A stretch of 64,000 nt of DNA, taken from contig JASTWF010000035.1 in NCBI GenBank assembly GCA_030390025.1, positions 2,294,001 to 2,358,000 of the forward strand, in the 5' to 3' direction. This DNA comes from Squalus acanthias. Its lineage: Eukaryota. This document shows, piece by piece, positions 36,286 through 48,185 of this stretch (position 1 is the stretch's first letter; every line of letters begins with the position of its first letter). A program made the position numbers and the translations under genes. The notes beneath the pieces were generated by a model. That model was not told the DNA's origin, made no database searches, and saw nothing but the letters and a program-made list of their open reading frames with translations.

Positions 36286-37210
36286 CTTCCCTCCATCATA
36301 TGTAGAAGTGGGGATGTTCGCTGATGATTGCTCAGTGTTCAGTTCCATTCCCAACTCCTCAGATAATGAAGCAGTTCATGAACCGCATGCAGCAAGACCT
36401 GGATGACATTCAAGTTTAGGCTGATAAGTGGCGAGAGAAAAATCACACCACACAATTGCCAGGCAATGACTATCTCCAACAAGAGCCATATCCCCTTGAG
36501 ATTCAATGCGATGATCACCACCAATTCCCCCACCATCAGTATCCTGGGGGTCAGCATTAACCAGAATCTTCACTGGACCAGCCACATAAATACTGTGGCT
36601 AAAAGAGCAAGTCAAGGCTGGGTATTCTGCGGCGAGTGTCTCACCTCCTGACTCCCCAAATCCTTTCCACCATCAACAAGGTACAAGTCAGGAGTGTGAT
36701 GGAATACTCTCCACTTGCCTGGATGAGTGCAGCTCCAACAACACTCAAGAAGCTCGGCATCATCCAGGACAAATCAGCCCGCTTGATTGGCACCCAATCC
36801 ACCATATTAAAAATACACTCCCTCCACCACCGGCGCACCGTGGCTGCAGTGTGTACCATCTAAAAGATGCACTGCATCAACTCGCCAAAGCTTCTTTGGC
36901 AGCACCTCCCAAACCTGCGATCTTCCACCAAGACAAGGGCAGCATGAGCATGGGAACACCACCACCTGTAAGCTTCCCTCCAAGTCACATACGATCCTGA
37001 CTTGGAAATATATCGCCAATCCTACATCGTCGCTTGATCAAAATCCTGCAACTCCCTCCCGAACAGCACTGTGGGAGCACCTTCACCACACGGGCTGCAG
37101 CGGTTCAAGGAGGCGGCTCAGCACCACCTTCTGAAGGGCAATTAGGGATGGACAATAAATGCTGGCCTTGCCAGCGGTGGCTACATTCCATGAATGAATA
37201 AAAAAGAAAA
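36286..37210 (+). mobile_element. Non-LTR retrotransposon 3' part (CR1-group, Zenon-like)
   Basis: GMFADD; KVQVRSVMEYSPLAWMSAAPTTLKKL..QDKSARLIG..HSLHHRRTVAA; ends TGAATGAATAAAAA. Confidence 0.8.
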
Positions 37211-37244
37211 ACAAGACAGATGACAGATGAAATTCCATAAATTC

Positions 37245-38716
37245 CATAGATTCTAGAATGGTTCCCGCGGATTGGAATATCGCAAATCTAACCCCACTAT
37301 TTAAGAAACGAGGGAGAGAGAAAACGGGGACTACAGGCCAGTTATCCTGACATCAGTAGTTGGGAAAATGCTTGAATATATTATTAAGGACGCGGTAACA
37401 GGGCAGTTAGAAAATTATAATAGGATTGGGCAGAGTCTACACGGATCTATGAAAGCGAAATTGGGTTTGACGAATCTGTTAGAGTTTTTGGAGGTTGTAA
37501 CGAGCAGAATAGATAAGGGGGAACCAGTAGATGTGGTGGTGTAGATTTTCAGAAGGCATTCGATAAGATCCACACACGAGGTTATTAAACAAAATTAGGG
37601 CTCATGGGATTAGGGGTAATATACTAGCATGGGTTGAGTATCAGTTAACGGACAGAAAACAGAGAGTAGTATAAACGGGTCATTTTCGAGCTGGCAGGTT
37701 GTAACTAGTGGGGTACCGCAAGAATCAGTGCCTGAGCCTCAGCTATTCACAATCCGCATCAATGATTTGAATGAGGGGTCCAAATGTAATATATCCAAGT
37801 TTGCTGATTGTACAAAGCTGGGTGGGAATGTAAGTTGTGAGAACGATGCAAGGAGGCTTCAAGGAGATACAGACAGGCTAAGTGAGTGGGCAAGAACATT
37901 GCAAATGGAATATAACGTGGAGAAATGTGAAGTTAGGAAAAATAGTAAAGCAGAGTATTTTTAAAATATTGAAAGATTTGGAAATTTTGGTGTTCAGAAT
38001 GACCTGGGTTTACTTGTACGTGAATCACTGAAATTTAACATGTAGGTACAGCAATCAATTAGGAAAGCAAATGGTATGTTGGCCTTTATTGCAAGAGGAT
38101 TTGAGCATAAGAGTAAAGACATCTTACTGCAATTATATAAGGCCCTGGTGAGACTACACATGGGGTATTGTGTACAGTTTTGGTCTCCTTACCTAAGGAA
38201 AGATATACTTGCCAAAGAGGGAGTGCAACGAAGGTTCACCAGACTGGGTCCTGGGATGGGGCGGACGTTTTTCCGATGAGGACAGATTGAGTAGACTAGG
38301 CCTATATTCACCAGAGTTTAGAAGAATGAGAGGTGATCTCATTGTAACATACAAAATTCTTCCAGGGTCCATGTTAGATGCAGGTAGGATGTTTCCACTG
38401 ACTGGGGAGTGTAGAACCAGGGGTCACACTCGCAGAATAAGGGGTTGGACAGCTAGGTCTGAGATGACCAGAAATTTCTTCACTCAGAGGGTGGGGAATC
38501 TTTTGAATTCTCTACCTCTGAGGGCTGTGGTCGTTGAGTATATTCAAGACAGAGATCGATAGATTTTTGGATTTTCAGGGAATCAAGGGATATTGGGATA
38601 GTTCAGGAAAGTGGAGTTGAGGTAAAAGATCAGCCATGATCTTATAGAATGGTGCAGCAGGCTCAATGGGCCGAATGGCCTACTGCTGCTCCTATTTCTT
38701 ATCTTCCTATGTTCTA
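37245..38716 (+). mobile_element. CR1 3' half, degenerate
   Basis: PQLFTIRINDLNEGSKCNISKFADCTKLGG; LYKALVRLHMGYCVQFWSP; 3' UTR and tail. Confidence 0.9.
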
Positions 38717-38719
38717 ACT

Positions 38720-39003
38720 CTCACTATCTATCCCCATCATTCTCTTTACCTCTGTATACCTCTGTCTCTCTCTCTCTCTCTCTCTCTCTATGGCTGTCTA
38801 TGGCTCTCCCCCTGGCTGTCTGTCTGTCTCTCTCTCTCTGTTTATATCTCTCATATGCCCACTCTCTGTTTCTCTTTCTCTCTCTTTTTCTTTGACTGTC
38901 TCCCTCTCTCTATCTTTGCCCTCTCTCCCTCTCAATTTCCCCCTCAATGTCTCTCCCCCTCAATCTCCGTCCCCCTCAATCTCTCTCCCCCTCAATCTCC
39001 CTC
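38720..39003. repeat. (CT)n-rich simple repeat
   Basis: Composition. Confidence 0.9.
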
Positions 39004-40432
39004 TGGAAACAGTGGAGATCTCCAGGTTTCAGATGCTGGGGCTGGAGGGAGGTATGCAGTGGAGTTCCACAGTGTTCCCTAATGGGGGGCTGGAGAGATG
39101 TATACAGTGGAGTTCCCCAGGGTTCTGTACATGAGGCTGGAGAGAGGTATACAGTGGAGTTCCACAGTGTTCAGTACTGGGGGCTGGAGAGAGGTATACA
39201 GCGGAGTTCCCCAGTGTTCAGTACTGGGGGCTGGAGAGAGGTATACAGTGGAGTTCCCCAGTGTTCAGTTCTGGGGGCTGGAGAGAGGTATACAGTGGAG
39301 TTCCCCAGGGTTCAGTACTGTTGTCTGGAGGGGCGTATCCAGTGCAGTTCCCCAGGTTTCACTACTGGTGTCTCGGGGGAGGTATAAAGTGGATTTCCAC
39401 AGGGTTTAGAGCAGGGGGCTGGAGGTAGGCAAACACTGGCCATATCCAGGAAGTTGAACTTGGGACTGGAGGGATGTATACAGTGGAGTTCCCCAGGGTT
39501 CAGTACTGGGGTCTGGAGAGAGGTGTACAGTGGCGTTCCCAACAGTTCAGTACTGGGGGCTGGAGGGAGGTAAATAGTGGAGTCACCAGGGTTCAGTACT
39601 GGGGGCTGGAGAGTGGTATACAGTGGAGTTCCCCAGGGTACAGTACTGGTGTCTGGAGGGAGGTATACAGTGGAGTTCCCCAGGGTCCTGTACTGGGGGC
39701 TGGAGGGAGGTATACAGTGGAGTTCCCCAGGGTTCAGTAGCAGGATCAGGAGGGAGGTATACAGTGGAGTTCCCCAGGGTTCAGTAGCAGGGGTTGGAGG
39801 GAAGTATACAGTGGAGTTCCCCAGGGTTCAGTAGCAGGGGTTGGAGGGAAGTATACAGTGGAGTTCCCCAGGGTTCAGTACTGGGGGCTGGAGGGAGGTA
39901 TACAGTGGAGTTCCCCAGGGTTCAGTAGCAGGGGCTGAAGGGAGGTATACAGTGGAGTTCCCCAGGGTTCAGTACTGGGGTCTGGGGGGAGGTGTACAGT
40001 GGATTTCCCCAGTGTTCAGTACTGGGGGCTGGAGGGAGGTACACAGTGGAGTTCCCCAGGGTTCAGTACAGGGGTCTGGAGGGAGGTATACAGTGGAGTT
40101 CCCCAGGGTTCAGTACTTGGGGCTGGAGGGAGGTATACAGTGGAGTTCCCCAGGATTCATTACTGGCGGGTGGAGGGAGGGATACAGTGGAGTTCACCAG
40201 GGTTAAGTACTGGTGTCTGGAGGGAGGTATGCAGTGCAGTTCCCAAGGGTTCAGTACTGGGGTCTGGAGGGAGGTATACAGTGGAGTTCCCCAGGGTTCA
40301 GCACTGGGGTCTGGAGGGAGGTATACAGTGTAGTTCCCCAGGTTTCAGTACTGGCGGCTGGAGGGAGGGATACAGTGGATTCACCAGGGTTCAGTACTGG
40401 TGTCGGGGGAGAGGTTGGCAGTGCAGTTCCCT

Positions 40433-41156
40433 GGTAAATAATAAATCTAAAAGGTCTAAGAATTTTTAAAAAAACAAGCCTGAAGGCTTTCTGTTTGAAT
40501 GAGAGGAGCATTCGTAATAAGTTGGATGAATTAGCGGCGCAAATAGATGTAAACGGAAATGATATGATTGGGATAACAGAAACATGGCTCCAGGGTGACC
40601 AAGGCTGGGAATTCAACATCCAGGGGTATTCACTATTCAGGAAAGACAGGCAAAAAGGAAAAGGAAGCCGGATAGCATTGCTGGTTAAAGAGGAGATTAA
40701 CACAATTGTAAGGAAGATATTAGCTCTGATGATGATGTAGAATCTGTATGGGTAGAGCTGAGAAATACCAAGGGACAGAAAACGTTAGTGGGAGTTGTAT
40801 ACAGACCATCAAACAGTAATGCGGTGGTTGGGGATGGCATTAAATGGGAAATTAGAGACGCGTGCAATAAGGGCACTGCAGTTATCATGGGTGACTCTAA
40901 TTTACATATAGATTGGGCAAACCAAATTAGTAACAATACTGTGGAGGAGGAATGCCTGGAGTGTATACGGGATGGTTTCCTGGACCAATATGTCGAGCAA
41001 CCAACTCGAGATCAGGCCATCTTAGACTGGGTATTATGTAATTTGAAAGGAATAATTAGCAATCTTGTTGTGCGAGGCCCCTTGGGGTTGTGCGAGGCCC
41101 CTTGGGGCGGAGCGATCATAATATGATCGAATTCATCATTAAGATGGAGAGTGAAA
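40433..41156 (+). mobile_element. CR1 endonuclease-domain fragment inside the satellite
   Basis: NERSIRNKLDELAAQIDV..IGITETWLQ..GVVYRP..GRSDHNMIEF; similar to 51350-52050. Confidence 0.92.
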
Positions 41157-42820
41157 GGGGCTGGAGGGAGGTATACAGTGGAGTTCCCCAGGGTTCAGTA
41201 CTGAGGGCTGGAGGGAGGTATACAGTGGAGTTCCCCAGGGTTCAGTACTGGTGTCTGTGGGGAGGTATACAGTGGAGTTCCCCAGGGTTCAGTACTGGGG
41301 TCTGGAGGGAGGTATACAGTGGAGTTCCCCAGGGTTCAGTACTGGGGTCTGGAGGGAGGTATACAGTGGAGTTCCCCAGGGTTCAGTACTGGGGGCTGGA
41401 GGGATGTATACAGTGGAGTTCCCCAGGGTTCAGTACTGGGGTCTGGAGGGAGGTATACAGTGGAGTTCCCCAGGGTTCAGTACTGGGGTCTGGAGGGAGG
41501 TATACAGTGGAGTTCCCCAGGGTTCAGTACTGGGGTCTGGAGGGATGTATACAGTGGAGTTCCCCAGGGTTCAGTATTGGGGGGCTGGAGGGAGGTATAC
41601 AGTGGAGTTCCCCAGGGTTCAGTACTGGGGTCTGGGGGAGGTATACAGTGGAGTTCCCCAGGGTTCAGTACTGGGGTCTGGAGGGAGGTATACAGTGGAG
41701 TTCCCCAGGGTTCAGTACTGGGGTCTGGAGGGATGTATACAGTGGAGTTCCCCAGGGTTCAGTATTGGGGGCTGGAGGGAGGTATACAGTGGAGTTCCCC
41801 AGGGTTCAGTACTGGGGTCTGGGGGGAGGTGTACAGTGGAGTTCCCCAGGGTTCAGTACTGGGGTCTGGAGGGAGGTATACAGTGGAGTTCCCCAGGGTT
41901 CAGTACTGGGGTCTGGAGGGAGGTATACAGTGGAGTTCCCCAGGGTTCAGTACTGGGGTCTGGAGGGAGGTATACAGTGGAGTTCCCCAGGGTTCAGTAC
42001 TGGTGTCTGGAGGGAGGTATACAGTGGAGTTCCCCAGGGTTCAGTACTGGGGTCTGGGGGAGGTATACAGTGGAGTTCCCCACGTTTCAGTACTGGTGTC
42101 TGGAGGGAGGTATACAGTGGAGTTCCCCAGGGTTCAGTACTGGGGTCTGGGGGGGAGGTATACAGTGGAGTTCCCCAGGGTTCAGTACTGGTGTCTGGAG
42201 GGAGGTATACAGTGGAGTTCCCCAGGGTTCAGTACTGGGGTCTGGGGGGGGAGGTATATAGTGGAGTTCCCCAGGGTTCAGTACTGGGGTCTGGAGGGAG
42301 GGATACAGTGGAGTTCCCCAGGGTTCAGTACTGGTGTCTGGAGGGAGGTATACAGTGGAGCTCCCCAGGGTTCAGTACTGGGGTCTGGAGGGAGGTATAC
42401 AGTGGAGTTCCCCAGGGTTCAGTACTGGGGGATGGAGGTATTTATACAGTGGAGGTCCCCAGAGTTCAGTACTGGGGTCTGGAGGGAGGTAAACAGTGGG
42501 GTCCCCCATGGTTCAGTACTGGTGTCTGGAGGGAGGTATACAGTGGAGGTCCCCAGAGTTCAGTACTGGGGTCTGGAGGGAGGTATACAGTGGAGTTCCC
42601 CAGGGTTCAGTAGCAGAAGCTGGAGGGAGGTTTACAGTGGTGTTCCCCAGGGTTCAGTAGTGTGGTCTGGGGTGAGGTATACAGTGGAGTTCCCCAGGGT
42701 TCAGTACTTGGGGCTCGAGGGAGGTCTACAATAGAGTTCCCCAGGGTTCAGTACTGGGGGCTCGAGGGAGGTGTGCAGTGGAGGTCCCGAGGGTTCAGTA
42801 CAGGGGCCTGTAGGGAGGTA

Positions 42821-43686
42821 AAAATGAGAAGTCGCACAACACCAGGTTATAGTCCAACAGATTTATTTAATTTTACAAGCTTTCGGAGCTGTTCGCTCCT
42901 TCCTCAGGTAGAGTAACTGAGAGAATCTCCCAGAATTCACAATATAGACACAGAAAAAAATCTATTCAAATCTTTCCCTACATCAAAGACACACTAAGAG
43001 CACAGCCGAGACAATGAGATGTGTCCCAGGGGGTCCAACGTGTCAAAACACCTGCTGGCTGCATATCCTGTCAATTTGTGTTGGTTCTTGTGTTAGTCTT
43101 TTTTAAAAAAAAACACCTGGAAAGACCGGCCATGATGTCAAGTCACGTTCTGTATCGTGACATGAACCCGATATCGCGATTGAGGCCATCCTCATGAGTG
43201 CGGAACTTGGCTATCAGTTTCTGCTCTATGATTTTGCGCTGTCGTGTATCCCGAAGGCCGCCTTGGAGAACGCTTACCCGCAGATGGCCTCAATCGCGAT
43301 ATCGGGTTCATGTCACGATACAGAACGTGACTTGACATCATGGCCGGTCTTTCCAGGTGTTTTTTTTTTAAAAAGACTAACACAAGAACCAACACAAATT
43401 GACAGGATATGCAGCCAGCAGGTGTTTTGACACGTTGGACCCCCTGGGACACATCTCATTGTCTTGGCTGTGCTCTTAGTGTGTCTTTGATGTAGGGAAA
43501 GATTTGAATAGATTTTTTCTGTGTCTATATTGTGAATTCCGGGAGATTCTCTCACAGCTACTCCACCTGAGGAAGGAGCGAACAGCTCCGAAAGCTTGTA
43601 AAATTAAATAAATCTGTTGGACTATAACATGGTTTTGTGTGACTTCTCATTTTTGTCCACCCCAGTCCAACGCCGACATCTCCACA
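42821..43686 (-). mobile_element. Penelope-like element remnant with inverted pseudo-LTRs
   Basis: Inverted arms 42821-43190 and 43283-43654. Minus strand from 43280 reads RVSVLQGGLRDTRQRKIIEQKLIAKFRTHEDGLNRDIGFMSRYRT* (GIY-YIG C-terminus-like). Flanked by TGTAGGGAGGTA at 42809-42820 and 43687-43698. Confidence 0.85.
43564..43600 (+). ncRNA. Minimal hammerhead-ribozyme-like motif (mirror copy on - strand at ~42875-42911)
   Basis: CUGAGGA-A-GGAGC-GAACA-GCUCC-GAAA-GCUU: both core boxes, a 5-bp stem II and palindromic AAGCUU. Confidence 0.65.
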
Positions 43687-45369
43687 TGTAGGGAGGTATG
43701 CAGTAGAGATTCTCAGGATTCAGTACAGGAGGCTGGAGGGAGGTATACAGTGGAGTGCGACAGGGTTCAGTACTGTGGGCTGGAGGGAGGTAGACAGTGG
43801 AGATGCCCAGGGTTCAGTACTGGGGTCTGGAGGGAGGTAGACAGTGGAGATCCCCAGGGTTCAGTACAGGGGTCTGGTGGGAAGTATACAGTGGAGTTCC
43901 CCAGGGTTCAGTACTGGGGTCTGGTGGGAGGTATACAGTGTAGTTCCCCAGGGTTCAGTACTGCTGTCTGGAGGGAGGTATACAGTGGAGCTCCCCAGGG
44001 TTCAGTCCTGGGGTCTGGAGGGAGGTATACAGTGGAGTTCCCCAGGGTTCAGTACTGGGGGCTGGAGGGAGGTGTACAGTGGAGTTCCCCAGGGATCAGT
44101 GCTGGGGTCTGGAGTGAGCTATACAGTGGAGTTCCCCAGGGTTCAGTACTGGGGTCTGGAGGGAGGTATACAGTGGAGTTCCCCACGGTTCAGTACTGGG
44201 ATAGGGAGGGAGGTATACAGTGGAGTTCCCCAGGGTTCAGTACTGGGGTCTGGAGGGAGGTATACAGTGGAGTTCCCCAGGGTTCAGTACTGGGGTCTGG
44301 AGGGAGGTATACAGTGGAGTTCCCCAGGGTTCAGTACTGGGGTCTGGAGGGAGGTATACAGTGGAGTTCCCCAGGGTTCAGTACTGGGGGCTGGAGGGAG
44401 GTTTTCAGTGGAGTTCCCCAGGGTTCAGTACTGGGGGCTGGAGTGATGTAAACAGTGGAGTTCCCCAGGGTTCAGTACTGGGGTCTGGAGGGAGGTATAC
44501 AGTGGAGTTCCCCAGGGTTCAGTACTGGGGTCTGGAGGGAGGTATACAGTGGAGTTCCCCAGGGTTCAGTACTGGTCTCTGGAGGGAGGTATACAGTGGA
44601 GTTCCCAAGGTTCAGTACTGGGGTCTGGAGGGAGGTATACAGTGGAGTTCCCCAGGGTTCAGTACTGGGGTCTGGAGGGAGGGATACAGTGGAGTTCCCC
44701 AGGGTTCAGTACTGGGGCTGGAGGGAGGGATACAGTGGAGTTCCCCAGGGTTCAGTACTGGGGTCTGGAGGGAGGTATACAGTGGAGTTCCCAAGGTTCA
44801 GTACTGGGGGCTGGAGGGAGGGATACAGTGGAGTTCCCCAGGGTTCAGTACTGGGGGCTGGAGGGAGATATACAGTGGAGTTCCCCAGGGTTCAGTACTG
44901 GGGTCTGGGGGGAGGTATACAGTGGAGTTCCCCAGGGTTCAGTACTGGGGGCTGGAGGGAGGTATACAGTGGAGTTCCCCAGGGATCAGTACTGGGGACT
45001 GGGGGGAGGTATACAGTGGAGTTCCCCAGGGTTCAGTATTGGTGTCTGGAGGGAGGTATACAGTTGAGTTCCCCAGGTTTCAGTACTGGGGACTGGAGGG
45101 AGGTATACAGTGGAGTTCCCCAGGGTTCAGTACTGGGGTCTGGGGGGATGTATACAGTGGAGTTCCCCAGGGTTCAGTACTGGGGTCTGGAGGGAGGTAT
45201 ACAGTGGAGTTCCCCAGGGTTCAGTACTGGGGTCTGGAGTGATGTACACAGTGGAGTTCCCCAGGGTTCAGTACTGGGCAGAGGGGGTAGACATAAATGT
45301 TATAGTTATAGTCATACTTTTCCATTACTGATTGATATTATTTATTATGTATTTCTAATCGCTCTTTAA

Positions 45370-46185
45370 TGGGCATATAATTGGCAAATGCAATTTATAC
45401 AGATAATTCTGCGGTATTACATTTTGGTAAGAAAAGTAGAGAGGTCACATATTACTTGGAAAATAAGAATCTAAATTGGGTCGAGGAGCAAAGCGATCTC
45501 GGAGTACAAATACACACATCACTGAAAGTAGCGACACAGGTTAATACAGCCATAAAAAGCAAACGAATCACTCGGGTTTATTTCTGGATGGGTGGAATTG
45601 AAAATTAGTGAATTTATATCGAAGCTTGTTTTGACCACACTTGGAGTGCTGCGTACAATTCTGGTCGCTATAATCTAAAAAGGATATAGAGGCACTGGAG
45701 AGGATGCAGAGAAGATTTACATGGATAATACCAGAAAAGCAAGGTAAACATATTAGGAACGGATGAACAGGCTGGGTCTCCTCTCTCTTGAAGGCTGAGG
45801 GTTGACCTGATAGAGGACTTTAAAATGAGGAAAGGTTTTGATGGAGTGGATACAGAGAGAATGTTTCCACTTGTGGGGAACAGCAAAATTAGAGGACATC
45901 AATATAAGATAGTCACCAAGAAATCAATAAGGGAATTCAGAAGAAACCTCTTTACCCAGAGAGTGGTGAGAATGTGGAACTCGCTACCACAGGGAGTGGT
46001 TGAAGCGAATAGTATTGATGCATTTAAGGGGAAGTTCGATAAGCATATGTGGGAGAAGAGAATAGAGGGTTACACTGATAGAATTAAATGAGGTAAGACG
46101 GGAGGAGGCTCGAGTGGAGCATAAACGCTGGCATGGACTGGTTGGGTCGAATGGCCTGGTTCTGTGCTGTATACCCCATGTAATC
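45370..46185 (+). mobile_element. CR1 3' part
   Basis: VLHFGKKSRE; RRNLFTQRVVRMWNSLPQGVVEANSIDAFKGKFDKHM. Confidence 0.88.
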
Positions 46186-46194
46186 CCCTGTTAC

Positions 46195-46960
46195 AAAGTA
46201 AAGCTCTCATCAAATACGTCCAGGGCAGGTACAGTGGGTTAGATACAGAGTAAAGCTCCCTCTACACTGTCCCATCCAACATTCCCAGGGCAGGTACAGC
46301 ACGGATTAGCTACAGAGTAAAGTTCCCTCCAATTTGGTTCATCAACACAACCAACTCTGATACATCATGTGTTCAATGCAGCGTACAGCTCCCTTGACAC
46401 TACCCAATGAAGCACAACTAGCTCAGGTACAGCATGGGGTCAATACAGAATAAAGATCTCAGTACATGTTAGTGTCAAACACTCCCGTGTCAGGTACGGG
46501 CAAGGTTTCTCTACGCGTTAAGCTCCGCTCAACTTGCCACATCAAAAGCCGAGCCTGTTGGCAGATGTTGAACAGCTCCCAGTATCCGGTTAGACTCTTA
46601 CATCGGCAGAATCCTGGACTGGTGGAATTCTCATTAAAGTTCCTCACCTTTCCAATCATTGTTGAAGCTTCCTGTTTTATCCCGTCTCCGACACAGGGGG
46701 TCTCGATCCCACCAGATCTGCTCTGTGAACCCACCGATATTTCTCCAGTCCCAGTCGGTGAGGCGATGATTCGACTTCTCTCTCTCCACCTTCCTGAGAT
46801 ATTGCTCACTCCCAGAGACTGTCAATACAAAAATCATTCATATTAATCCCAGATCCTGTACCTGCAATACAGTGGGGCTGTTTTTGTGACTGGGATTGTA
46901 TCTAATTTCATTATATTTGCAATTAATGTGTATTTGAATTACTTACATTAACATTAAATT
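46195..46960 (-). other. Copy 1 of a duplicated block: 67-bp satellite units plus an exon-like segment starting at 46818
   Basis: Colinear with 56190-57050 (offset ~10.1 kb); acceptor TTTTTGTATTGACAG|TCT. Confidence 0.75.
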
Positions 46961-46984
46961 GTTCCTAAAAGTGACGCTTGCCTT

Positions 46985-47632
46985 CATCATTTCTCATCTC
47001 TACCCAAACCGCTTCTATATCCTGGTTTCCTGAACTTAAGTCATCCCTCTATTGCGCTAATACCATTATTAATTTACAGAGCCACCCCTCCACTTTTTCC
47101 TAAATATCATGTACCCTTCAATATTCAGGTCCCAATGTTTGTCATCCTGCAGCCATGTCTCTGTAATGGCTATCAGATTGTACTTATTTAATTCTATTTG
47201 CGCCATCAGTTCATCTGTTTTGTTTCGAATGCTACGTGCAGTCAGATACAGAGCCTTCAGTTTTGTCCTTTTATTATTTTTGTAACCTTTAGCCTTATCT
47301 GTTGATTTACTCTTAGATTTGTACTCTCTATCCCTTCCCGTCACGGTCTGTTTATCATTTCCCATATTAATACCTTTCTCGCTTGCCTTGTTTCTACTCT
47401 TTGAATTACCACATCTTCCCAGATTTGATCCCTGGCCCCCAATATTTAGTTGAAAGCCCTCTCTACCGACCTAGTTATATGACTCGCCAGAACACTGGTC
47501 CCAGCACGGTTCAGGTGAAGACCAACCCAACGGTACAGATCCCACTTTCCCCAGTACTGGTGCTAGTGCCCCAGGAAGCGAAACCAATTTCTCCCATACC
47601 AGTCTTTGAGTTACGCATTCATCTCTCTAATT
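46985..47632 (-). mobile_element. CR1 ORF1/ORF2 junction fragment
   Basis: YWGKWDLYRWVGLHLNRAGT..ERAFN*, then LKALYLTARSIRNKTDELMAQI..IAITETWLQ. Confidence 0.88.
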
Positions 47633-47974
47633 TGATGGAACAGGTCAGAGGGAGCTTTACTCTGTATCTAAACCGTGCTGTACCTGCCCTGGGAGTGTTT
47701 GATGGGACAGTGCGGAGGGAGCTTTACTCCGTATCTAAACCGTGCTGTACCTGCCCTGGGAGTGTTTGATGGGTATTTGTAGAGGGAGCTTTACTCTGTA
47801 TCTAACCCGGGCTGTATCTTCCTGGGAATATTTGAAGGGACAGTGTAGAGGAAGTTTTACTTTGCATCAATCCCTGTGCTGTACCTGCCCTGGGAGTGTT
47901 CGATAGGTCTTTGTAGAGGGAGCTTTACTCTGTACCTAACCCGTGCACTACCTGCCCTGCCAGTATTTAATGCT

Positions 47975-48185
47975 TGAGAGGTCGCACAACACCAGGTTAT
48001 AGTCCAACAGTTTTATTTTAAATCACAAGCTTTCGGAGTTACAACTCCTTCGTCGGGTGAAGTGAGGAGATACAGAATCGTCAAAGCATATACAGATAGA
48101 GAACAATGCATGTGTAACTTACAATTGCAGACAACTGAATTCAATCATCCTGACTGTTTATTTGCCGAGGTGTGATAAAGTTAAT
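47975..48185 (-). mobile_element. Penelope-like terminal fragment with a hammerhead-like motif
   Basis: GTCGCACAACACCAGGTTATAGTCCAACAG as at 42831; minus strand TCAC-CCGACGA-AGGAGTTGTAACTCC-GAAAGCTT-GTGA. Confidence 0.8.

Larger units (their letters stand above)
39030..45280. repeat. CR1-RT-derived satellite, 47-bp unit GGAGGGAGGTATACAGTGGAGTTCCCCAGGGTTCAGTACTGGGGTCT
   Basis: Roughly 95-100 units; one frame reads [15 protein letters not shown]; interrupted at 40433-41156 and 42821-43686. Confidence 0.97.

Noticed and set aside
38947..45369. Repeat-protein ORFs cycling [15 protein letters not shown] / GRYTVEFPRVQYWG / GGIQWSSPGFSTG
   Set aside because: Three-frame cycling of a 47-bp stop-free satellite; no splice or start context and frequent indels.
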